64,000 nucleotides of DNA from Lama glama (Eukaryota): NCBI GenBank assembly GCA_028534125.1, contig CM052816.1, positions 93,622,001 through 93,686,000 on the forward strand, written 5' to 3'. The notes under the pieces were generated by a model. That model saw only the letters and a program-made list of their open reading frames with translations. It searched no databases and was not told the origin of the DNA. Of this stretch, positions 53,991 to 64,000 are shown piece by piece; the stretch's first letter is position 1, and each line of letters opens with the position of its first letter. A program made the position numbers and the translations under genes.

Positions 53991-55424
53991 TTACCATGTT
54001 ATCTTTTGGTCTGGCGTGTCCTAGCTTCTACATCTTCAAAGAGGATTTTCTCTACCTTTCTCCCTAGAGTGGAATGTGGAATGGCTGCCCAGTTACCTGG
54101 CTCACAGTGAGTAGAAATAAACGCACAGTTAAGCGCTTTCAAAAAGTTGCCTTCCAAAGATAATTTTGGATTAAATTTCATTTATACCATGGAGCGAGAC
54201 TGAAACTCTATTACTGATCGTAATATTACGAATCCAATATTCAGGATCCAATATAATTTTATAATTGTGATTTTATTTTCCAGAATTCTAGGATAGGGAG
54301 AATTATTAACAACAACGGCTTTGGTATCCTGAACTATGTCTGATGACAGGAGTGAATTTCAGCCTCGTAGGAGGTATTCACTTTTCATGGTGGGACGAAT
54401 ACTTTTTTTTTTTTCTTTTTTTGGTCTTTGAATCAAAACCATTAAGGCAAGGCTGATTTTAGCACTTTTTCCATCCAGTCATACATAGTACATTTAAGTG
54501 TAAGTGCAAAACATTGATGAATCATGTTACCTGGGGCCCAAGAGATGCCTGATTTTACTCGAGTCAGACAGACATATGGTTAAAGCTGAAAACAAAACAA
54601 AACAAAAGATGGAATTAGAGAGAGCTTTCTTTAGATCATTAGTATTTTATAGCATATCTAAGGCAGAAAGGACTAATTGACTTGACCCTTTGAAGTTACA
54701 CTTTAATGCATCTTTTATTTCTGTAACTCTGCCCTTCCCCCCTTATTTATGTTATTACTGTTTCTTTTCTTGATGCATTAAGATAAAAGGCATCATTTTC
54801 TTTTTTTTTCTTCAGTGAGCACATATAGGTGAACATGAACTTCAAATAAATAACCCCCAAATAGAATAGAATGTAAACAAATGAAATTCTTAAATACCTA
54901 AATGTTACACTTTTAGAAAATCAAAATGCATCAGGCTAAATAAAGAATATTTTAATCACGCCGTATTATTGGAAATGGATGTTTTCCTTTCCTAGTGAAA
55001 TCCTGTAGCTTAGAATTATTTGCTGTGAAAGTGACAACTTGTTAATGAAGGTTTACTTTTTCCAAGATTAAAAACACCTTCAAGGTTGTAAAATCAATAC
55101 AGCAAGCATGCTGCTATTATGTTGCTTTAAATTTATGGGAAAACAGCTAGCAGAATGGAATACAAAATGTCATTTATTTGTCGAGTCACAGAGAAAGGGA
55201 CTGATTCTATTTGCCACTGGCTCTGCCAGATATTTAGATGGCAAGAATATTAACGTTCTTGTTGCTGTTGCTTTGTTGTTTTATAACAATCAAAACTATC
55301 CTTCAAAGAATGTTATATTGATGTTGAGAGTTGAAACAACTTTTTAAAATTTAAATGTAAAATAATTGTTCAAAACAAAAGAAATGCAGAAAACCATATG
55401 AAAGAAAATAACAATATTGCAGAA

Positions 55425-55582
55425 AACATGAATTTGAACTTCAGCTCTGCTACTTGCTAGATGTATGATTTTAAAATTTTGTGAATCTGATATTGATTTA
55501 AAAAAATCGAGATAACACTGCTTCAACTAACTCACAGGATTATTGTGAGAAAATAGTTAAAAACATGCTTTAAAAACCTTAA
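55425..55582 (+). mobile_element. MIR SINE (decayed)
   Basis: tttgaacttcagctctgctacttgctagatgtatga...ctcacaggattattgtgag. Confidence 0.7.
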
Positions 55583-56440
55583 ATATGAATATGTATACAG
55601 TAAAGCACATTTCTCTGGATTAGCCTGGATTAAGCACACTGTCCATTTTATCACTTAAAAATAAATTCATTGGATAATCTGGAGACTAAAACATCTATTA
55701 TTATCATAATCTAGATGGGTGGCATCATACTTCAAATCATATTCAGAATGTCAACAAATCAGAGTGTTATTCTCCCTCAAATAGTGTTCTGTCTGAACAG
55801 GTCCATGCTCCAAAAATTTGCTCCAAAATTTGGACTTTTGATTCAGTCTATAACAAGTAGCATTTCTCCAGTAAGATGAAAGAATCAAATAAGGATTTGA
55901 TTCTAAATGCTCATTTCCTTTAAGAAAAAGGGTAAAGAAGGTATTTTTGAAATATACTAAATAAAAATAAAAACATAAATACCATTTTTGAAACATAACT
56001 AGAAATTGTAGACAGCTAAAATAAAGTTAGCTAGTTGGGTTGTGGATTAAAGAGAGGTTTTATAAAAGGTTGAGAAATAATATATAAGATTTAGTCATAA
56101 GTAACTAACTAGTTGAACAAAATATCTAAGAATTGGACAAGATTATTTAATTAGAAACTGATTATGCCTATTTTCGTGTAATTCTAAGGAGAAAATAATT
56201 CTAATTATATGACTCAGATAATTGACTTTTTACATCCAGTGTGATCATTGGAGTTGCTTTAGTGTTTTCAGTAGAGACACACACAATTATGCTGAGTGAT
56301 GCCAATTAGAGTGTTGCAAATATTTAAATTTTTCATATACACTTGTTTGATAAAGAGCATAAGCCTTACTTTAAGATGTTATTCAGTAATAAAAAAAAAA
56401 GATGTTATTCAGTAATATGCTCCAGAAAAATGCCATAGAT

Positions 56441-56652
56441 CAGGGTTTGGCTAAGAAAGACTCAATCCAACCAGCCACCTGGTTTTGTATGAATAAAGTT
56501 TTATTGGAAAACAGTCATACTCATTTGTTTATGTAACATCTATGGCTCCTATCACACCACTACAGTACAGCTGTGTAGCTGCACCAGAGAATGAAGAAAA
56601 TTCTAAAATACTTATTATCTTGCACTTGATGGAAAAAGTTTGCTAATACCTA
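56441..56652 (+). mobile_element. MER58A (hAT-Charlie MITE) with 8-bp TSD
   Basis: cagggtttggc...aataaagttttattggaaaacagtcatactcatttgttta...aaaagtttgctaataccta; TSD ccatagat (56433-56440) / ccatagac (56653-56660). Confidence 0.92.
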
Positions 56653-58968
56653 CCATAGACTGTTCCTTATGCCAGGAAAACTTGTGAAAGACTTTGAAAT
56701 GAACAAAAGGTCACTGAGTGTCTTTTCAATAGACTGTTGATTTTTTTTTTTTAAGCTTTCTGGGTTATCTTAAAAAGAAAAAAGTTACTACGATTTTCTT
56801 CCTTTTCTTTTTCATGTTGATTTATCTTTTTTATGGTTGAAGTTAAAAATATTTTATAGAATGTTGAGCCTTTTATTTTTCTTTTTCTGTGAACTCTCTC
56901 TTAATATCTTTCATTCACTTTTTCATTGCTTTTTGGATATTTTCTCTTTTATTTGTAGATTGCTTTTTATTTATTAAAGAAATTAATTAATTGTGATATA
57001 AAATACAAAGATTTTCCCCATTGGCAAGCACAGTAAATGTTTGAAAAAGATGAAGAAGTTCATATTTTTATATGATACAAGAATTTTAGTTTTACTTTTC
57101 TTTATAAACTAACTGCTTTCCCAACATGAAGTTAGTTTATAAATGTAGTTATTTTAAATTTGCATATATTGTTTTATGCTTTATATCAAGATATGTCTTA
57201 TAGTTTTCATTCAACAGAGAGATTTAAGATTTAACTGTATTGCTGTGGGTACACTTAAGTCATTTTTCTTCCCTTGATATTGCATGGTCTCCACCACTTT
57301 TTTCTTACCCAGTTCCCTAGGAACCTCTGTTTCCTCAAATCTACTGCTATTACAAGCAACACTGGCTTCCTTATGGATTTGTATACTTCCATGCAGCAAA
57401 CCTTAGAAAGTCTGAAAGAAGTCTGAAAGAAGATTGTCTTCTAAGCCAAGATATCAAAATAAAATTTAATTTTCTGTCACCTTCAATCATTAGATAGTTC
57501 CCTCCAAAAAATTCTTCATTAAAGCATGGCTTTTTCAATTGAAGTATTTAAAACATTATTTATTTACTTACATTTTAGTATCCGTGTAATCAGGATGCAT
57601 CTTATAATTGTTTATCAGAGCTGATTTGCACACAGTTTTTTTTTCTTCTGTTCTGTGCTGAAAAGTATGTTCATGGAATAACAGTCTATTCTAGAATAGC
57701 CTGGATATTAAGTATAATAAAATATGGTAGATGGAGCCCACATAGAAACGCATGTGGATTGGTTAACCAGTAATGCTGATTGTTATTTCCTGTGGAGAGT
57801 GTGTGACAGTATGTTCTTTATTTTAAGAGCCAAAGCAAGATGTTCTGAAATAACATCTATGAAGTTACAGGCATTGCGTAACACCTTCCTCCCTCTACTC
57901 TGTTACCATATTTCAGTGGAAATGTACTCTTACAGGAGAGAAACATGCCTGAGCTTCAGCATTTGGATTTATGTAGAAGCTAAAAACAAAAAGGAAAAGA
58001 AGATCAAATAATTAGGGTGCCACACCCTAAGAAATGACATTTGCAACATTAGTGCCAAATGGAATGCTGATAGAATTCTAGGGAAAAAATATGGTTAGGT
58101 AATTTTAGGAAACTTGCTAATTATATTCTTCTTTGGCACTTTATAAAGCAACTTACTACTGGCACAGACTTTCAGAATTCTTACCATAACGATATGAGGT
58201 TGACCAGAAATCCTCTGTTAATTCACTTTCACACAAACCTATTCATCTTACAGGATATTCATCTTCAAAAGAAAAGTGTGGATTACAAATTCACGGGTTA
58301 CAAATATATAGTGTTTTAAAACACTGATTTTGAGGAATAAACCCTGAGGTTTCTTTGAAATTTATACATTTATTTTGATCCCACTAAGATTGTGCCCAAC
58401 ATTGTTTCTTATGAAAAAGGGGAGTTGATGTTTAACCAGGCACAGCAGTGTGATCCCAAAGGATGACAGCACAGGACAGAGGATGCTACATGATTGATGA
58501 CAAGTATGGTTTAAACTCTTAACAGTCCTTATTCAGAAAGATGTTAACAAACACCAGAATCCTACATTATTTTCTCCTTCATTCAGATTAACAATCTGAA
58601 ATTTTGACACTCACAGAGTTTGAAAAATCAAAAGCTTTTGTTAACTCTGTCTTACTGAACAGATATGCTGATGAGGATTTATATGCTTTATCCAAGTTAA
58701 TGCGAACATTCGTATGTTTCGAGATAGTAATGGTAATGTGATACATTATACATTGCCATAGAAGACACAAGGGCATTAGGTGTTGTATAATATGTGATAT
58801 ATATGCAGTCTTACCTTACATTTTGAAATGCATATAGTATAGGGTAAGAAAATAAGTACTTATATCAAATGCATATCTTTATATAAATTTATGAGCCATT
58901 AGTCAAACATAAGTTTTTATATTCAATATATATTATATGTTGCACATATTCTATTATACACATTTTAT

Positions 58969-59000
58969 ATCTATCTATCTATCATCTATCTATCTATCTA
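58969..59000. repeat. (TCTA)n microsatellite
   Basis: Direct inspection. Confidence 0.9.
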
Positions 59001-59073
59001 CATACATATGAGCATGGATTTGATTTTTGTCAATTTATCTTTTTGTTTATATTTAATCCAGGAAACAGCAGTA

Positions 59074-59429
59074 TTATACTAGTTTCTAAGGCTGTCATAA
59101 CAAAATACCACAGACTGGGTCGCTTAAAGAAGATAAATTTATTTTCTCACAGGGTTTAAGGTGTCCATGTTTATTCTAAGGAATCTCTCCTTGATGTGAC
59201 TGTCTTATCTCTGTATTTTTACATCATCTCTCTTCTGTACATGTGTGTCTGTGTTCCAATATCCTACTCTTATAAAGACATCTGCAAATTACAAGAGGAT
59301 CCCCTCGAAAAAACCTCATTAAATCTTAACTACCACTGTGAAGATCCTATGTGAGTCAAATTCTGACATACTAGGGGCTTAAGGACTTCAACCTATGAAT
59401 TTTGGGGGGACATAATTCAGCCCCTAACA
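59074..59429 (-). mobile_element. MLT1A/B-type solo LTR
   Basis: ggctgtcataacaaaataccacagactgggt..cttaaa...aggacttcaacctatgaattttggggggacataattcagcccctaaca. Confidence 0.9.
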
Positions 59430-60310
59430 ACTATCTATATGAAGTTGCTTATTGTGTAATTGGAGCTAAAGAACAATTACACAGAGTAAGAACCTCAGTA
59501 AGGTCTACTCTGCTTTCTTTTTATCAATGTACCTGTTACACACCAAGCACCATTAATTTTAACTCTTTCTCTTCAGATCAACTTCTTTATCAGTGCTAAA
59601 TAAAATGGGAAATAAACTCCAAATAGTGAAGGAACAAGTGCAACAGCCACAAACACAGACCTACTTGGAATAAAATGGAAACAAAGTGAAAATGGAGACA
59701 ATTTAGATTCTGAGTTGGATGCCTTTAACAGCCATTCCAAAGATGAGACTCTTGTCTTGGTCACTTTGGTTGATGGAGTGATAAAGTTTATGCTACCTGA
59801 ATTCTGAAGTATCTCTACTATCACTTTTGAGCTTGTGAGTATGTTTTGTTTTCTGAAATTATTTTACATTTTTTGATTCAGTCCATTAAGAATGATTATT
59901 TGTGCCATTTCTAGGAACACTGAAGTATGTGTTTTGTCTTTGAGTATAATGACTTCTTAGGAAATTTTCAGTGGGCATATAACATCTACTCTTTTGGAAT
60001 TAAATTTTATTTTACTCTCAGATGTTTCTGAAGTTGCAGGTTGTCAAACCTGTGTTTCACAGTTTGAATAACTCCAGATTCTAATCTGAACTGTTTTATG
60101 GGATTATTTAGCTTTCATACTGCATCTTCTCACTGAGGCCCCTGTGACAGGGTACACAGTAGGCCAGGAGCACTTGATGTTTAAAAGATTCCCTTTAAAT
60201 TCAGAGAAAAATTTTAACTTGCTTATTGTCAAATGCTTTATTGGATCCTTGTAGTATTCTAAAGTATCATTATAATGCAGTTGTTTTAGTGCACAATGGC
60301 ACTTTTTTTT

Positions 60311-60640
60311 GAAGTATAGTTGATTTATTATGTTGTGTTAGTTTCTGGTGTACAGCATAGTGATTCACTTATACATGTATATATATTCTTTTTCATATTC
60401 TTTTTCATTACAGGTTATTACAAGTTATTGAATATACTTCCCTGTGCTGTACAGTAGGACCTTGTTTATTTTATATGTTGTAGTTTGTACCTGCTAATCC
60501 CAAACTGCTAATTTATCCCTCTACCCTTTCCCCTTTGGTAACCATAAGTTTGTTTTCTATGTCTGTGAGTCTCTTTCTGTTTTGTAAATAAGTTGATTTG
60601 TGCCATTTTTTTTTCAGATTTTATGTATAAGGGGTATCAT
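60311..60640 (-). mobile_element. artiodactyl-type L1 3' end
   Basis: gaagtatagttgattt..atgttgtgttagtttctggtgtacagcatagtgattca...cccctttggtaaccataagtttgttttctatgtctgtgagtct. Confidence 0.92.
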
Positions 60641-61683
60641 GTAACATTCGAAAAGATCATTGTAATTCAGTTGCTTTAGTGCACAATGGCACTTATTTTT
60701 GATGTCATTTTGCAAAAAAAAAAATATATTGAGGGTAAGGAAAAAAATAGAGACCACATGATCAGATTTGATTAAAGGAAAATTAAGCAATGTATTAAGT
60801 ATTTTTAGTTATATACTTCAAAATAAAGGGTAATGCACTAGAACCACGAGTAGCACTTCGTTCTAATATTTGTGTTGGAGATTCAGAATGACAACTATGT
60901 GCTGCTTCCATGCCATTGAGAAGGAATCACAGTATATATCACTGTGTCCACAGGGGAAGTGATTAGACAAAATCCAGAAGATAGAGGAATATTTTAAGTG
61001 TCTTACTGCAGATTTCATGTAAAACTAGCTTTCTATGTTATTTTGTTGATTTGGTTTTGACTTGGGACCAATATTTCTTTCTCCTAGATTTTATGGCTTA
61101 TTTATGCAGACATTTTGTTTCTGAAAATTTACAAAGCAAATTTTTCTTTAATATGCAAGACGATGGAAGTGTAGGGTGGGTTGAATTTCCTTCTTTCATA
61201 TGCAAAAGCAGTATATTATTACACATTCCAAATTACTGTTCCTCAGAATTTCCAGCAGCCTCTTAGTTACTCTGAATATAAATTCAATAAAATACATTTC
61301 TTTTTATGTGTGAATCCATAGGTTAAAAAACAAACAAATAATAAAATTCCAATGGAAGAAGCAAGTAGAAGTAAAAGGAATAAATACGATTCATTGTGGA
61401 CTGGTTGTAAAAATAGAAACTGCTGGAGAAATGAAAATCAAAAGCAATTTCAATTGTATGGAAAATAAGAAATTGTTAACATTTCCTTTATACTTCAGTT
61501 CCTGAGGGGAAATCATAACATACCTAGTGAAGGCATCAAATGCAATTTCTTAACATAAACAGAATTGACATAAATATTTTAGATCATGATCATACACAAT
61601 TTTTAACCATAAGCACTTATGAAATTAAATATTTGACATGTTTCTCAAACTCTGTAAGAAATATTGATTCATTGTGGCTTTGC

Positions 61684-62102
61684 TTTTTTCCCCAGTTTTA
61701 TTGAGATATAATTGATGCATAACATTGTTTGAGTTTAAAGTGTACAATGGGTTGATTTAATTTGATACACATATATTATGAAGCGATTCACTAATGATTA
61801 GCTAACACCTGCATTACGTCACATAATTTCCTCTTTTTTTTTTTTTGGTTTGCAGTGAGGACATTTGAGATCTACTCTCTTAGCAACTTTCAAGTATATA
61901 ATATGACATTGTTAACTATAATCATGCTGTACACTGGACCCTCTAGAACTTACTCATCATACAACTGAAAGTTTTCATTCTTTGCCCAATGTCTCCTCTT
62001 TCTTCCTCACGCCAAGCCTTTGGATGCCACCATTCTACTCTCTGTTTCTGTGAGTTTGGCTTTTTTGACTCCACATAGGAGTGATATTATACAGTAATTT
62101 TT
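61684..62102 (-). mobile_element. L1MA9-type 3' end
   Basis: cagttttattgagatataattga...gtgaggacatttgagatctactctcttagcaactttcaagtata...ccattctactctctgtttctgtgagttt. Confidence 0.9.
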
Positions 62103-63145
62103 GCCTTTGTTATTGTCTTTTAAAAGTGCATTTTATATTTCAAAATATTATTGATTTAATAAGTTGTTTAAATTGTTCATAATGATGTGTGTTCTCATTT
62201 TCTGGAAAAATAAATATGTATTTTGAAATTATTGAGATAGTACTTGTTATCCTAGAAAAGTATACTGAGACGTTTGTAGTTTTCTTATTAAGCATAGTTA
62301 GCACACACTTTAGAATAATCATGAATGTTATAGTATAGATAAAACAGGACTGATGTAAGGTCTAAAAAATTTAAATTTATGAAATATGCTTACTTATTGA
62401 ATTCATGTCTCAATCAATTGTAGAGTGTTCAAAAGAATCCCTTTTCTGAAAAATTAATACCAATGCAATATAAACAAAATTTATCAACATGAGATAGAGA
62501 TAATTTTCACTTTATATAAATAGGATATTTTAATAAAAAATCTTTAAAAAACAGGTGAAAGTCTTTGCATAGTAGAGTAGTTACAGTCACTAAAATAATT
62601 TCTTTCATTTCCTTTAGAATTTCAGTGGACACTGTTATGTTCATTTGCCATATAACCTTAGACAATTGATTAGAGGTTTTTAAAAATGACTCACTACAAA
62701 CCTTACTGATATGTGTTCATAAGAAGTATCAACCATTATAAAAATCTCATGTCCAATGCTCTCAAACCAGGCATTAATCTTACACATCTACAGTATATGG
62801 TAAAATAATAAGAGCTTAGAAGAGACTTTAATCATGCACTTCATAGCTGGATACACTTAGACACTTCTAATATATTTCCTGAGCAGTTTCCTTGTTTTCA
62901 GGAATCTCTGTTACAAAGTTCCACATTATGACCTATTACCAAGTTCCACATTATGAAATAGAAATAGATTTTCTACTTTCTTTGTTTTCGGTAACTGAAC
63001 AATCAAGTCTGGTAATTTTGCATACTACACTACCAAGCATACATCATAACCTGTGTAATTTTCACTTCTTTATCATAAACACTCCAGATTTTTCACCTAT
63101 GCCATGTATACACATCATCACAATATCTTGCTTGCTTTTTCTAGA

Positions 63146-63480
63146 TGTGTGGTCCTAATATCTATTGTCTCCTTCCTTTTAATTAACAGAGCCCTGATTT
63201 CATTTGGAACAGCGCTGTGTAGTTTAAAGACCATTTTCTAAATTATCTTCAACTAGTAGTGCCTGGTAACATGTGCATAAAAGGCATTATCTGGAATTTT
63301 TAGAAAAATCTCTTTAAAGGGGGCTGACTCAGTGAAGAGGTGCACCTTTTCCCCTTGCCCAGTTCTCTCGCCTGCTTCCAGGAACATGAACATAGGAGTC
63401 ACCTGCTGATTATCATGAAGCAAAACACAAATGGCCATGGATCCACCCGGAAGACTGTAGACTGGTGAGAACGGATTGAT
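63146..63480 (+). mobile_element. MLT1J-type LTR fragment
   Basis: cttccttttaattaacagagccctgatttc...ctctttaaagggggctgactcag...cctgcttccaggaacatgaac. Confidence 0.7.
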
Positions 63481-64000
63481 TTTGCATGAGACAGAAAAAA
63501 CGCTGCAGTATGTTTAACCCAGTTCTGTTCTCCAGCTCTCTAACCAGCAGCTGAGTGAAACTCTTGATGAAGAAATGACACAGTAATTTAGCTAGCATCC
63601 ACCAGTACAGGAGAGAGGAGCTAGTTCTGTGAACACTTGGTCTTATAGACTGTACTTCTGTCAGGGCGGGCTGCAGTCAGATGGCTACAGCCATCAGATT
63701 GCTATGTCTGCAGTATCACACTATTTAATGACGTGGAGGATATTTTCAGTACATATCTTCTTGTTCATGCAAATATATTTTAAAATTTTAGAAATAGAAA
63801 ACAAAAAACTGATCTTTTCTCAATGAAGGCCACATTCTAGCTTATTCTCTGTGCCTCTTTGCAAAACATCAGTATAGGAATACGCCTTATTTTCTCTTTG
63901 ACACTGCATGTTATTATTGATTATGCATCTTTTAAATATTTACTTAGGTTTTCATAAAGTAATAACTCAGGAATGCTATTATTCTAATGGACAAGTGGAG

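Noticed and set aside
1..64000. CRISPR array, operon or prokaryotic defence system
   Set aside because: The sequence is mammalian and repeat-rich, with no repeat-spacer array and no dense long ORFs.

Overview
AT-rich, CpG-poor placental-mammal genomic DNA, probably intergenic or deep-intronic. There is no prokaryotic gene organisation, CRISPR array, rRNA or tRNA, and no protein-coding gene I can recognise. Much of the window is decayed transposons: L2, MIR, old L1MA/MC/ME pieces, MaLR LTRs plus an MLT1-internal fragment, and DNA transposons (MER2, a Tigger2 derivative, MER58A). Microsatellites and two exact 500-N scaffold gaps are also present. Six copies of a younger artiodactyl-type L1 3' end, with no Alu, B1, Bov-A/BovB, PRE-1 or SINEC seen, suggest a camelid (inference). 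Most ORFs in the track are gap, microsatellite or repeat artefacts. The best unexplained segment is about 53.2-54.4 kb. It is CpG-enriched, matches no repeat I recognise, and has a 148-codon stop-free minus-strand frame ending exactly at a strong splice donor, so it may be an unannotated exon or a decayed gene. Other notable items are retrotransposition oddities: a ~60-bp target-site-like duplication, a poly(A)-only insertion, a multiply nested L2 and a head-to-head L1. I found no convincing evidence for a novel multi-gene system. Repeat family names come from recalled consensus sequences, not a database search, and repeat boundaries are approximate.
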